A stretch of DNA of 64,000 bases from an uncultured Chloroflexia bacterium (GCA_963833225.1 CAWHXD010000007.1:224001-288000), one strand, 5' to 3'. Shown: positions 32,561-45,180, numbered from the stretch's first letter. Notes: a model not told the origin generated them from the sequence alone. A program made the numbers and translations.

Positions 32561-33547
32561 ATGCCCAGCCTCCCCAAGCCGCGACGACTCTCGACGCCGC
32601 GCCGCCGGCCCGCCGCGGTGCCGGGTGCCGTGGTGGTCGTGCTCGGTGACCTCGTGGTGGACGTCGTGCTTGCCCCTGACCGGGACCTCGAGCGCGGGAC
32701 GGACGTCACCGGGAAGGTCCAGCTCCGGCAGGGCGGCTCCGCGGCGTCCACCGCGCGCTGGCTGGGGCGCCTCGGAGCCCGGACATCGCTGATCTGCGCC
32801 ATCGGGCGCGATGCCCCGGGCCGGGCGCTTGTCAGGGCCGTTGCCACGGACAAGGTGCAGGTCCGCGCGGTGCGCATCGCGGGTGCCCGGACCGGCCGGA
32901 TCGGCGTGCTCGTGGAGCCGGGTGGCGGCCAGCGGTCATTCGTCACCGAGCGTGGCGCCGCGCTCCGGCTGCGGCCCGAAGATGTGCGGCCCCAGTGGCT
33001 CGCGGGTGCCGACGCCCTTCACCTGCCTGCCTACTCGCTCCTGGACCAGCCGCTCGGCGACGCGGGGCTGGCCGCGGCGAAGCTGGCCCACGCCGAGGGG
33101 GTCCTCGTCTCGGTTGACCTCTCCTCGTCGGGGCCGCTGCTCGCCCGCGGGCGGCAGGGCGCCCTCGCACTGATCCTCAACGCCGCCCCGGACCTGCTGT
33201 TCGCGACGCGGGACGAGACACGGGCCCTCGTCGGCGGCAAGCACGAGGAGCGGCTCCTGGACCTGGCGCCGATCGCCGTCGTCAAGCGTGGCCGGAAGGG
33301 GGCGACGGTCTTTGCCCGCGACGGCCACGCCATGCTGCGGTTCGAGGTCGCCACGACGCCGATCACGGTGGCCGATACGACGGGCGCCGGCGACGCGTTC
33401 AACGCGGGGTTCCTGGCCGGCTGGCTTGACGCCCGACGTCGCGGGTCCCCGCTTGCCGCGGCTCTCCAGCGCGGTGCCGTGCAGGGCAACCGGACGGCCC
33501 TGCGGCACCTGACCACGCCGCCCGGCGAGCTGGTGCTCGGGCGCTGA
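32561..33547 (+). CDS. PfkB-family carbohydrate kinase
   Basis: LGDLVVDV, GGSAASTARWL, VVKRGRKG, DTTGAGDAFNAGFL. Confidence 0.92.
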   Translation: MPSLPKPRRLSTPRRRPAAVPGAVVVVLGDLVVDVVLAPDRDLERGTDVTGKVQLRQGGSAASTARWLGRLGARTSLICAIGRDAPGRALVRAVATDKVQVRAVRIAGARTGRIGVLVEPGGGQRSFVTERGAALRLRPEDVRPQWLAGADALHLPAYSLLDQPLGDAGLAAAKLAHAEGVLVSVDLSSSGPLLARGRQGALALILNAAPDLLFATRDETRALVGGKHEERLLDLAPIAVVKRGRKGATVFARDGHAMLRFEVATTPITVADTTGAGDAFNAGFLAGWLDARRRGSPLAAALQRGAVQGNRTALRHLTTPPGELVLGR

Positions 33548-33596
33548 GGCCGACCCGGCCGGTCCGCCGTGCCAGCGCCCGCCCCCAGGACCGGCC

Positions 33597-35669
33597 CTAC
33601 GCCCGGACGAAGCGGTCGAACCAGTCGAGCATCCGGGTCATCCGGTCGATCCGCCGGTCGATCCGGCCCGTCGCCTGGATCCCGTGGTACTCCTCCGGGT
33701 AGACCACGTATTCCACGGTTCGTTCCAGCCAGCGCAGCGCCGCGAAGAACTGCTCGTTGTCGGCCGGCGGACAGCGCTTGTCCGCCTCGGCCTGGAGCAT
33801 CAGCAGCGGCGTGTGGACATCGGCCACGTTGCGCAGCGGTGACTGCCGCCACAGCCGGTCGATGCCCTCGGGCGTGGTCGGATCGCCCATGTGCGAGGCG
33901 CGGCAGTACTCGGGACCCGTGTCACTGTGGGCCCAGGCGGAGACCTGGTTCGTGACCCCGTTCTCCGACACGGCCGCCTTGAACCGGTCCGACGTTCCGA
34001 CCAGCCAGTTGACCATGAACCCGCCGTACGAGAGGCCAAGGGCGCCGAGACGCCCGGGATCGGCGAGGCCCAACGAGACCACGTGGTCGAGCGCGGCGTG
34101 GACATCGTCGGCGTCGGGCCCGCCCCACTCGCCAAGCTGCGGCGTGATCCACTCGGCGCCATAGGACGCCGACCCGCGGATGTTGGGCAGGACCACGCGA
34201 TAGCCGCGCGCGCAGAGCAGGACCACCTCCATGCTGGGCGCCGGTGACCACGCACCGAGCGGCCCACCGTGGACATCGACCACCGTTGGCAGCGCCTCGT
34301 CGTTCGAGGCGCCGGCCGGGGAGGCGATCCACGTCTCCACCGGTCCGCCGGGTCCGGGCGCCTCCACGCACCGCATCGACGGCCAGGCAAGCCCGCCCAC
34401 CCACGCCGATCCGATCGTGGTGACCGGGCGCAGCTCGCCCGCGACGTCATCGACCACGCACAGCTCCGGTGGACGGCTCCCGATGCTGGCGGTGACGGTC
34501 GTCCGGTCCCCCCTGGCTGCCAGCGTGCGTGCCCACGAGTCGCCCTGCGCCAGGCGCACAGGGTCGCCCGCGGGTCCGCCCGTCGCGGGGTCCACCGGGA
34601 AGCGCCACGGGTGGGTGCGACCGCGATCCGTGACCAGGGTCACGACCCCACTCCCGTCGGCCGTCCAGAACGGCCCTAGGCGCTGCTCCGCCTGCCAGCC
34701 CGTGAGATCGCCGTCCGCCCAGTCGCCAACCGGCCGATCGAGGTCCGGCGCCAGGGTCACGGCCTCCGCGGAACCGTCGGCCGGCCCGACCACGACCGTC
34801 GGCGACACGTCGTCGAAATAGTCGGGGTCGTCCACCCCGACCGCGGCCAGCCAGCGGCCGTCGGGCGAGTAGGCGGGAAAGCGAACGGGACCCGCGAGCG
34901 CAAGGACCTCATTCGGCGCCGCGTACCCCTTGCCCCGCGGAGCCGTTGCCGGAACCTCGAAGATGGATCCCCGTGGATGGAGGTCGGCGTCGGCTCGCGG
35001 ATCCGTGACGAACGCGATCGCCCGTCCGTCCGGCCGCCAGGCGATGTCGGACACGCCGCCGGCCGCGTCGGTGAGGCGGCGCGGCTTCGCTCCGTCCGAC
35101 GCCTCGACGACGTGGAGCTGCGACCGCCGGTCGAGGTACCCCTCGTAGTCGTAGCGGTAGTCGAGGACCGTGATCCGGCGCGCCATCGGCTCATCGTCCT
35201 TGGGCGCCTTGCCGACGATGAAGCGCTGGGGATCGGCCTGGGCGATGAAGGCGATCCGGCGGCCGTCGGGCGACCAGGCGGGCTCCCCGCAGGACAGCTC
35301 GCCGAGCGCCGGCGCGATGGGCTCGCCCCCGGCCAGGTCCAGGATCCGGAGCGAGGTCGGCTCCTTGTCCTTGCCGGGCGTTCCACGCGTGTAGGCGACA
35401 CGCCGGCCATCTGGCGAGATGCGGGGCCACATGTCGCGAACCGTGCCCGTGGTCAGTCGCCGGGGCTCGGGCGCGGAGGCCCCGCCGGGGCGGCCCGTCG
35501 CCAGGGGCACGAGCCAGAGATGCGAGACATAGTGATCCCCGTCCACGACCCGGCGGCTGATCACGGCAAACGAGCCGTCAGGAGCAAGGTCATGCTCCTC
35601 GACGACCACCTGGCGGCGGAGGAGCTCGGGGGTGGGGACCTGGAGGGTGCGGCGTCGGTTCTGCGGCAT
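33597..35669 (-). CDS. S9 family peptidase (prolyl oligopeptidase / acylaminoacyl peptidase)
   Basis: WD40-like SPDG repeats, VHGGP, GLSYGG nucleophile, Asp in DKRC, His in EEYH. Confidence 0.93.
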   Translation of the reverse strand: MPQNRRRTLQVPTPELLRRQVVVEEHDLAPDGSFAVISRRVVDGDHYVSHLWLVPLATGRPGGASAPEPRRLTTGTVRDMWPRISPDGRRVAYTRGTPGKDKEPTSLRILDLAGGEPIAPALGELSCGEPAWSPDGRRIAFIAQADPQRFIVGKAPKDDEPMARRITVLDYRYDYEGYLDRRSQLHVVEASDGAKPRRLTDAAGGVSDIAWRPDGRAIAFVTDPRADADLHPRGSIFEVPATAPRGKGYAAPNEVLALAGPVRFPAYSPDGRWLAAVGVDDPDYFDDVSPTVVVGPADGSAEAVTLAPDLDRPVGDWADGDLTGWQAEQRLGPFWTADGSGVVTLVTDRGRTHPWRFPVDPATGGPAGDPVRLAQGDSWARTLAARGDRTTVTASIGSRPPELCVVDDVAGELRPVTTIGSAWVGGLAWPSMRCVEAPGPGGPVETWIASPAGASNDEALPTVVDVHGGPLGAWSPAPSMEVVLLCARGYRVVLPNIRGSASYGAEWITPQLGEWGGPDADDVHAALDHVVSLGLADPGRLGALGLSYGGFMVNWLVGTSDRFKAAVSENGVTNQVSAWAHSDTGPEYCRASHMGDPTTPEGIDRLWRQSPLRNVADVHTPLLMLQAEADKRCPPADNEQFFAALRWLERTVEYVVYPEEYHGIQATGRIDRRIDRMTRMLDWFDRFVRA

Positions 35670-35735
35670 GGTCGCAGCCTAGTCCGCCTGTCGTCCGGCC
35701 GCATGCGCCGTCCCGCGCAGCGTACCCTGACGGCC

Positions 35736-36668
35736 ATGATCCCGCCCGCCCGCCTGTCGATCGCGCCGGAGGTCGCCGACGCGCTCCGCGACGGCACCCC
35801 CGTCGTGGCGCTCGAATCCACGCTCATCAGCCACGGCCTGCCGTACCCGCAGAACGTCGAGGTCGCCACCGCCTCCGAGGCCGCGGTCCGGTCCTCCGGA
35901 GCCGTGCCCGCCACCGTGGCCCTCAACGCCGGACGGCTGCTGGTGGGGCTGGCGCCGGACGAGCTCGAGGCGCTCGCGACCGCGCCCACAGGCTCCGTTC
36001 GCAAGGTCTCGCGTCCAAACCTTGGCCTCGCGATCGCGTCTGGGACGTGGGGTGCGACCACCGTGGCCGCGACCATGATCGCGGCCGAGGCAGCGGGCAT
36101 CCGGGTCTTCGCCACCGGGGGCATCGGCGGCGTGCACCGCGGGGCCATCGACGGTGACGCACCGAGCCTCGACATCTCGGCCGATCTCGACGAGCTGGCC
36201 CGGACGCGGGTCGCCGTGGTGTGCGCGGGCCCCAAGGCGATCCTGGACGTCCCACGAACCCTGGAATACCTCGAGACCCGTGGTGTCCCGGTGTTCAGCC
36301 TCGGGATCGACGAGGTGCCCGGGTTCTACTCACGCCGCTCCGGGATCCCGGCGCCGGCCCACGTCCCCGACATCGCGGCCGCGGCCGCGGTCATCCGGGC
36401 CCATGAGGCGATGGGCCTCGCCTCCGGGCTGGTCATCTGCAACCCCGTGCCGGAGGCCGACGCGCTGCCGCTCGAGGTCGCCCGCGGGGCGATCGAACGC
36501 GCCATTCGCGATGCCGAGGCGGCCGGTGTCAGCGGTGCCGCGGTGACGCCCTGGCTCCTCGCCCGCGTTGCCGAGATCACCGGCGGCGCGTCCGTGAAGG
36601 CGAATATCAGCCTGATCGTGAACAACGCGCGCGTGGCCGGCGAGCTGGCGGGCGCGCTCGGGGGCTGA
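35736..36668 (+). CDS. psuG: Pseudouridine-5'-phosphate glycosidase
   Basis: VVALESTLISHGLPYPQN, FATGGIGGVHRG, DISADLDEL, VCAGPKAILD, VTPWLL. Confidence 0.95.
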   Translation: MIPPARLSIAPEVADALRDGTPVVALESTLISHGLPYPQNVEVATASEAAVRSSGAVPATVALNAGRLLVGLAPDELEALATAPTGSVRKVSRPNLGLAIASGTWGATTVAATMIAAEAAGIRVFATGGIGGVHRGAIDGDAPSLDISADLDELARTRVAVVCAGPKAILDVPRTLEYLETRGVPVFSLGIDEVPGFYSRRSGIPAPAHVPDIAAAAAVIRAHEAMGLASGLVICNPVPEADALPLEVARGAIERAIRDAEAAGVSGAAVTPWLLARVAEITGGASVKANISLIVNNARVAGELAGALGG

Positions 36669-36868
36669 CCCGGGAATCGGTCGCGCTTCCGTGGCCAGCG
36701 GTCACCGCTTCTGCCGCGAAGGGCGCAACGAGGATCCGGTTAGCCTTGTTCCGCACCGGGGCGGTCGTTACACTCGCGGCGACCGCGGTCATCCGGTCGA
36801 GCGTGCGTCAGGCCAGATGCCACGGCCTGCCCGATCAGAGACCGGAGCCGCAGCGAGGGAGCAGCACC

Positions 36869-37378
36869 ATGCGGATCTACGAGGGCAGCCCTCGACAGGA
36901 CTTCGAGGAGGTGTTCCGTTCGATCGGAGCCTTTCTCGACACCCGCGCGATGCGCGACATCCTGATCCTCGAGGTGCCCGACGGCTTCATCGTCCAGGGC
37001 CTCGTGGCCGCGGGTGCGTCCTCGTCGGCGTGGTCGGACACGATGGGCACGGTCAGCAAGGAGACCCTGTCGTTCCTTGACGAGGATGTCGCCAAGTTCA
37101 TGGAGGAGGCGGCCAAGCGCCGTGGCGCCGCCGAGGAGGCGGGCTCCGAGGCCGGCGTCCACGAGCGTGCCCTGCGCGTGATCGGCCACTGGATCGACGG
37201 GGAGCGGCCCAAGGACGTGTTCCTGTTCGAGCAGGAGGGGGCGTACGTCGTCCGGCTCAACATGGGCGGCCAGCAGGTGGCGCACCACAAGCTCGCGGAG
37301 TTCACGACCGAAGACGTCGACGGGCTCGTCTCGCAGGGGCCGGAATTGCGCGCCAAGCCGGCGCCGCCGGCAAGCTGA
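36869..37378 (+). CDS. Hypothetical protein with internal duplication
   Basis: SD GAGGGAG. Two similar halves: EEVFRSIGAFLD..DILILEVPDGFIV and ERALRVIGHWID..DVFLFEQEGAYVV. Confidence 0.75.
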   Translation: MRIYEGSPRQDFEEVFRSIGAFLDTRAMRDILILEVPDGFIVQGLVAAGASSSAWSDTMGTVSKETLSFLDEDVAKFMEEAAKRRGAAEEAGSEAGVHERALRVIGHWIDGERPKDVFLFEQEGAYVVRLNMGGQQVAHHKLAEFTTEDVDGLVSQGPELRAKPAPPAS

Positions 37379-37485
37379 TCGATCGCGACGGGCCTGTCCA
37401 CGGTCGCCGGGTCCGTGACATCCCGGCCGATCCGGGGCACAATCGCCCCCGATAGGCATCGTGCCGTAACGAAGGAGGCCCAACC

Positions 37486-37641
37486 GTGAAGGCACTCAAG
37501 ACGGTTGCCGTCGCGCTCGGGGTCACCCTGGGCGCCCTGATCATCATCCCGCTGGTCGTGCTTGCCGGCCTGTTCGTGTGGCTCAAGCTCACCGAGGAGG
37601 ACGACGAGGAGGCGCTGGAGCTCGAGCAGGAAGGCGCCTGA
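37486..37641 (+). CDS. Small single-pass membrane protein, 51 aa (not in the ORF track)
   Basis: Strong SD AAGGAGG; MKALKTVAVALGVTLGALIIIPLVVLAGLFVWLKLTEEDDEEALELEQEGA*. Confidence 0.75.
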   Translation: MKALKTVAVALGVTLGALIIIPLVVLAGLFVWLKLTEEDDEEALELEQEGA

Positions 37642-37724
37642 TCGACACACCCGACCTCCGGAGTCCAGACCCGGGGAGCCCGCCCACCACAGGTTCGACG
37701 CCCGCCGGCAAGGCGGGCGTCTCC

Positions 37725-38699
37725 GTGTCCACGTCGCAGAGTGCCACGGATGCGCACGGCACCGCCCCGGAGCGTCGGGTCGCGGAGCTGCTGGTCCTCG
37801 TCACCGTGGCGATCTGGTCAGCCAACTTCGTGGTCGTCAAGGCCGCCGTCGACGCCATCGGACCCCTGACGTTCACGGCCGCCCGCTTCACCGTCGCCGC
37901 CATCACGCTGTTCCTGCTGGTCCGCTGGCGGCTGGGTGCGGTGCGCCCGCCCGCCCGGAGCGCGCTGACGCTGATCGGCCTCGGGATGCTGGGCTTCGGC
38001 GGCTACCAGGTCCTGTGGACGGTCGGGCTCACGCAGATCACGGCCGGCGACTCCGCGCTGATCATTGCCGCGTCGCCGGTCCTGACGGCGCTGCTGGCGG
38101 GAGCCGTCGGGATGGACCGCCTGACCCCACCCAAGCTGGTGGGGGCGCTGGTCGCATTCACCGGCGTGGCCGTGGTGGTGGTCGCCGGTCACGAGCTCTC
38201 GCTCGGCGCGTCGCTCGTCGGCGATGGCCTCACGCTGGGGGCGGCCGTGCTGTGGGCGATCTACACGGTCTCCGGGACCCGCATGCTGCGCAGCGTCGAC
38301 CCCATCCAGGCGACCGCGTGGGCCGTGCTCGGCGGGACACTGATCCTGCTTCCCTTCGGCGTCGCCGAGGTCGCGACATCGCCGGCGCCCTCGATCTCGC
38401 CGCCGGTCATCCTTGCGGTCCTCTACGCGGGCGCGCTCGCGGCCGGCGTCGCCAACGTGTTCGTGTTCAACGCGATCCGCCTGGTGGGCCCCACTCGTGT
38501 CACCGTCAACCAGCTGCTGGTGCCCGCCGGCGCGGTCGTGCTCGGGGCGATCTTCCTGTCCGAGCCCGTGGGCATCGCCCAGGTCCTGGGCGGCGCCGTG
38601 ATCGTGCTGGGCGTGTGGCTCACGCGGCGTCCGGCGGTGCTGCCGGAGCCCGTGCGCTCGAGGATCGCTTCGCGCGCCGGGGCTACGCCTCGAACATGA
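37725..38699 (+). CDS. EamA/DMT family transporter (start uncertain)
   Basis: IWSANFVVVK, FTAARF, SALIIAASPV, GAIFLSEP; about 10 TM segments. Confidence 0.9.
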   Translation: MSTSQSATDAHGTAPERRVAELLVLVTVAIWSANFVVVKAAVDAIGPLTFTAARFTVAAITLFLLVRWRLGAVRPPARSALTLIGLGMLGFGGYQVLWTVGLTQITAGDSALIIAASPVLTALLAGAVGMDRLTPPKLVGALVAFTGVAVVVVAGHELSLGASLVGDGLTLGAAVLWAIYTVSGTRMLRSVDPIQATAWAVLGGTLILLPFGVAEVATSPAPSISPPVILAVLYAGALAAGVANVFVFNAIRLVGPTRVTVNQLLVPAGAVVLGAIFLSEPVGIAQVLGGAVIVLGVWLTRRPAVLPEPVRSRIASRAGATPRT

Positions 38700-38765
38700 G
38701 CGTGCCCATCATCGATGGCCTGACACCAGCCGACGGTCCACGTCGACCCCGGATCGCAACCCTAA

Positions 38766-40532
<1,767 letters not shown>

Positions 40533-40570
40533 CCCGACCGGGTCAACGCCGCCAGCACAAGGTGGACCCC

Positions 40571-41969
40571 ATGGACGATGTCATCGCATCGGTTACCCCA
40601 GCGCTGGAAGCGAAGATCGGTGCGTACCGGCGCGAGCACCGGCTGCCCGGGATCGTGGCCGGGATCGCGGACCGCGACGGCCTGCGGTGGTGGCACGCGA
40701 CCGGCTTCGCGGACCTCCAGACCGGGCGACGCGCCGACCAGCGGACGCTGTACCGCGTCGCGTCGATCACCAAGACCGTCACCGCGACCGCCGTGCTGCA
40801 GCTGCGCGACGAGGGGCGGGTCCGGCTGGACGACCCGGCCGTGCGGTACCTGCCCGAGCTGGAGCAGGTCGCGGATCCGCATGGGCTCATCGAGGACGTC
40901 ACCATCCGCCGCCTGCTGATGCACACCTCCGGCCTGCAGGGCGAGCTGCCGTGGCAGGACCTGGACCGCTTCTGGCTCTATCGCCCCGAGGAGATCCCGG
41001 GGGTCCTGCACCTGGGCGCCGTCCGCACGCCGCCCGAGGCCGGCCACAAGTACAGCAACTTCGCGTTCGAGCTCCTGGGCCTGCTCGTGGAGCGGGTCGC
41101 CGGTCGCGGGTTCGCGGAGCACGTCCGGGCGTCGATCCTCGATCCGCTGGGGATGACGGACACGACCTGGGACCCGGACCCGGACCAGGCCGCCCGCAAG
41201 GCCACCGGCTACGACGCCCGCGACCACGCCGACATCCCGCCGCCGGCCCGCGACATGGACTCCGGCCTGTTCCTCGCCGACGGCGGGCTGTGGAGCACGG
41301 CGGAAGACCTGGGTCGATGGCTTGGCCAGCAGCTTCGCGCGGACCCTGCGCTGGGGCGCGGTCGAGGGCGATGTCCTGGCCGGTCGCACCCTGACCGAGA
41401 TGCACCGTCCCACGTGGATCACGGATCCGGCGTGGAAGGAGGCCCAGGGCCTGTGCTGGTACGGGACTCGCACCGGCGAGACGATCGTGGTGGGGCACTC
41501 GGGCTCACTCTGGGGCTTCCAGACCAACATCTCGTTCTCGGCGTCGGGCAAGGTGGGCGCGGTCGTGATGCTCAACGGCATCGGCAGTGCGGCGAAGCTG
41601 TCGCGCCAGCTCATCGAGACGCTCCTGCCGGCCCTCAGGGAGGCCGAGGATCGCGCCGAGGTGGCGCCGTTCGCCCCGGTGCCGGCCGCGTTCGGGGAGC
41701 TGCTCGGCACCTACCGGGATCCGGAGTTCGGCGAGGATGTCCGGGTCGAGTGGCGGGACGGCAAGCTGGCGATGGTCAGCGCGGACGCCGACGAGCCACC
41801 GCGGGAGCTCCGCCCGACCGAGGACCCGCTGGTGTTCACGATCTCGGGCGGCCGTCCGGCGGAGGAGGCGATGGCCTTCTCGCGCGGCGCCGACGGGAGG
41901 ATCGACCGGGCCAACGCTGCCGGCTACCCGATGATGCGCGTGGACCTGGTTCGCGAGCCCACCTGGTAG
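40571..41969 (+). CDS. Serine hydrolase, beta-lactamase family (frameshift near 41360)
   Basis: SITK (SxxK), LLMHTSGL, YSN, GGLWSTAEDL, then GHSGSLWGF in the second frame. Confidence 0.88.
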
Positions 41970-42170
41970 GGAGACCGTCGGGCGGCACCGCGGACGGGAC
42001 GATCACACCCGTTGACGGCTCGCGCAGCGGTGATATCCTGCGCTCATCCCCACCGGCTGCGCGCGACGGCACCCCGATTCCGCGCGAAGCAACAGCTCGT
42101 GGCGCGACTCAACGTTCCCCGCCGGACTGTTCCGGTGCCGAACCCCACCCCGCTAGGTGTGCCCATTCCA

Positions 42171-43553
42171 ATGCCCAACGGCCCCGACCAGCGTCCCAGC
42201 CGCAACCGCCGGCCGCGTCGTCGATCCCAGACCACCAACCGCCTCCCCGTGACCGAGCAGGACGAGGTCGCCGAGCTCGAGGCCGCGCGCGAGCGCCACG
42301 ACCTGGACATCCGCGACCTGCGCGAGATGTCCGTCAAGGAGCTCCGCGACGTCGGCGCCAAGCTCGACATCGAGGATCCGTCCACCAATCGCACGGACGA
42401 CCTGGTCGACCAGATCCTCCAGGCCCAGACCGAACGGGCCGGCCTCGACTTCGCCTTCGGCATCCTCGACATCGTGGACGAGGGCTACGGCTTCATGCGC
42501 CGCCACGGCCTGCTGCCCAGCGCGGACGACGTGTACGTCAGCTCCAGCCAGGTCCGGCGCTACGGGCTCCGGATCGGGGACCGGGTCACCGGCGCGGTCC
42601 GCGCCCCCCGCGAGGGTGAGAAGTACTGGGGCCTCATCCGTGTCGACGGCGTCAACGGGGTCGACTACGAGACGGCCCGCCGCCGGCCGATCTTCAACGA
42701 CCTGACGCCGATCCACCCGATCGAGCTCATCAACCTCGAGTCGGATCCCAAGAACCTCAGCCAGCGGCTCGTCAACCTGGTCAACCCGCTGGGCAAGGGG
42801 CAGCGCGCGCTCATCGTGTCGCCGCCCAAGGCGGGCAAGACGATGCTGCTCAAGAGCATCGCGAACGGGATCACCGCCAACTACCCGGACATCCTGCTCA
42901 TGGTCGCGCTCATCGGCGAGCGGCCGGAGGAGGTGACGGACATGCGCCGGAGCGTCCACGGCGAGGTCATCAGCTCCACGTTCGACGAGCCCACCGAGAA
43001 CCACACGCACGTCGCCGAGATGGCGCTCGAGATCGCCAAGCGCCAGGTCGAGACCGGCCGGGACGTGGTGATCCTGCTGGACTCGATCACCCGCCTCGCG
43101 CGCGCGTACAACCTGGCCCTGCCGCCGAGCGGCCGGACCCTGTCGGGCGGCATCGACCCGATCGCGCTGTACCCGCCCAAGCGGTTCTTCGGCGCCGCGC
43201 GGAAGATCGAGGAGGGCGGCTCGCTCACCATCATCGGCACCTGCCTGGTGGACACGGGCTCGCGCATGGACGACGTCATCTACGAGGAGTTCAAGGGCAC
43301 CGGCAACTCGGAGCTCATCCTCGACCGGAAGCTCGCCGAGAAGCGCATCTTCCCGGCGATCGACGTCCAGCGCTCCGGAACCCGCCGCGAGGAGCTGCTC
43401 CTCGAGGAGGGCACCCTCAAGATGGTCTGGACGATGCGCCGGATGCTGTCCGCGGTCGGCACCAACGAAGGGATCGAGCTGCTGCTCAACCGGATCGCCA
43501 AGACCGAGAGCAACGCGCAGTTCCTGGGGACGCTGACCAAGACCCTGGAGTAG
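42171..43553 (+). CDS. rho: Transcription termination factor Rho
   Basis: EGYGFMR, DVYVS, GKGQRALIVSPPKAGKT, LLDSITRLARAYN, FFGAAR, EFKGTGN. Confidence 0.98.
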   Translation: MPNGPDQRPSRNRRPRRRSQTTNRLPVTEQDEVAELEAARERHDLDIRDLREMSVKELRDVGAKLDIEDPSTNRTDDLVDQILQAQTERAGLDFAFGILDIVDEGYGFMRRHGLLPSADDVYVSSSQVRRYGLRIGDRVTGAVRAPREGEKYWGLIRVDGVNGVDYETARRRPIFNDLTPIHPIELINLESDPKNLSQRLVNLVNPLGKGQRALIVSPPKAGKTMLLKSIANGITANYPDILLMVALIGERPEEVTDMRRSVHGEVISSTFDEPTENHTHVAEMALEIAKRQVETGRDVVILLDSITRLARAYNLALPPSGRTLSGGIDPIALYPPKRFFGAARKIEEGGSLTIIGTCLVDTGSRMDDVIYEEFKGTGNSELILDRKLAEKRIFPAIDVQRSGTRREELLLEEGTLKMVWTMRRMLSAVGTNEGIELLLNRIAKTESNAQFLGTLTKTLE

Positions 43554-43755
43554 TCGCCTCCCGACGACGCGCCGGTCGCGCGGTGCCGCGGCGCGAGTGG
43601 CACGGGTGATTCGCCGAGATTCATGACATCCGGCCCTCAAGAACGGGACCCTGCCCGCCGTCGCGCGGTGCGGGCGTGACGTTTGCCCGGCTCGCAACCT
43701 TTCTGGTACGGTCTGGGCGACGGCCCTCCGGATGCGATCCGCTTGCGGATGACAC

Positions 43756-45180
43756 GTGGACTTGGAGGTCCGTCGGAACACGCCCCGGGAGGACCCGGTC
43801 CGCGCTCCCCAGAGCGCGCCGTCCCCGAGCCTTTGGTCCTCGCGTCAGGAGACCGTATTGCAGAAGCCGACGGACCGCGTCCGGCGACCCACCGACACCG
43901 CGCGTCCGCGCCGAGCCTCCGCGATCGCCCGCTTCAACCAGCGGAGCGTGCGGCTGGCCCGTAGCGCCCAGGCCTGGCTGCAGGCCCATGCCGGCGTGAG
44001 CGTCGGCTCCTTCGTTGCCGCCACCCGTTCCACGCTCCGTCCGTTCACGACTCCCGAGCGCGCCCTTCCCGTTGGCGTCGCGGCCATGGTCGCGGTCGCC
44101 TCGCTGCTCGCGGTCGTGCCCAGCACCCCGGCCGGCGCCGTCGGCGGCGTCACGGGCAGCGGCGAGAACGTCCGGCTCGTCGTCGGTGGCGGGTACGCCT
44201 CCACGTCGCAGACCGTGATCCCGCCGCATCCCGCCGCCATGGCGCTCGACGCCATCCCGAGCTTCACGCCGATCGTCCTGCCGCAGGACGTCACCAACGA
44301 TCCTCAGGCCGAGCTGGCCAGCGTGGAGGCCGGCAACTTCCGCGACGACGGCACGCTGATGACCGGGTACGCACCGGACACCGAGGTCGTTGACGGCTCG
44401 GACCTGATCAGCCGCTACAAGGTGAAGTCGGGCGACACGCTGGGCGCCATCGCGCACAAGTTCGGGGTCTCGATGATGACCCTGTGGTGGGCGAACAAGC
44501 TCGACTCCAAGGACGACCTCCACGTCGGCCAGGTCCTGCGGATCCCGCCGGTCTCCGGCCTGGTCGTGACCGTCAAGGACACCGACACGCTCGAGGCGCT
44601 CGCGACCAAGTACGACGTCAAGTCGTCGCGGATCGTGGATCTCAACGGCCTCGAGGACACCACGCTCGTCGTGGGGCAGGTCCTGGTGGTCCCGGGCGCG
44701 AAGGGTGCCCCCCTCCCCACCCCCAAGCCGACGCCAAGGCCGCAGGTCAGGCAGGCCACCGGCGGCGGCGGTTCGCGGCCCCCGGTCCAGTACACCGGCG
44801 GCAAGCTTCGCTGGCCCGTCGTGGGCGGCCACAACTACATCAGCCAGTACGCCCACGCCGGGCACATGGCGCTCGACATCGCGGCCGACTACGGCACCCC
44901 GGTGGTCGCCGCGTCGGGAGGCAGGGTCGTGTTCGCCGGCTGGAAGAACAACGGTGGCGGCTGGCAGGTCTGGATCAGCCACGGCGGCGGGATGTACACG
45001 ACGTACAACCACATGTCCGCCCTGTCGGTCGGCAACGGACAGTCAGTGGGGCGTGGCCAGCGCGTGGGACGCATCGGCGCCACCGGGTGGGCAACGGGTC
45101 CCCATCTGCACTTCGAGGTCTGGCTGGGTGGCATGCCATGGGCCGGCGGCTACCAGGTCAACCCCCTGCGCTACTTCTAG
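43756..45180 (+). CDS. LysM x2 + M23 peptidase cell-wall protein
   Basis: TM segment, YKVKSGDTLGAIA and TVKDTDTLEALA LysM repeats, HMALD, YNH, TGPHLHFE. Confidence 0.92.
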   Translation: MDLEVRRNTPREDPVRAPQSAPSPSLWSSRQETVLQKPTDRVRRPTDTARPRRASAIARFNQRSVRLARSAQAWLQAHAGVSVGSFVAATRSTLRPFTTPERALPVGVAAMVAVASLLAVVPSTPAGAVGGVTGSGENVRLVVGGGYASTSQTVIPPHPAAMALDAIPSFTPIVLPQDVTNDPQAELASVEAGNFRDDGTLMTGYAPDTEVVDGSDLISRYKVKSGDTLGAIAHKFGVSMMTLWWANKLDSKDDLHVGQVLRIPPVSGLVVTVKDTDTLEALATKYDVKSSRIVDLNGLEDTTLVVGQVLVVPGAKGAPLPTPKPTPRPQVRQATGGGGSRPPVQYTGGKLRWPVVGGHNYISQYAHAGHMALDIAADYGTPVVAASGGRVVFAGWKNNGGGWQVWISHGGGMYTTYNHMSALSVGNGQSVGRGQRVGRIGATGWATGPHLHFEVWLGGMPWAGGYQVNPLRYF

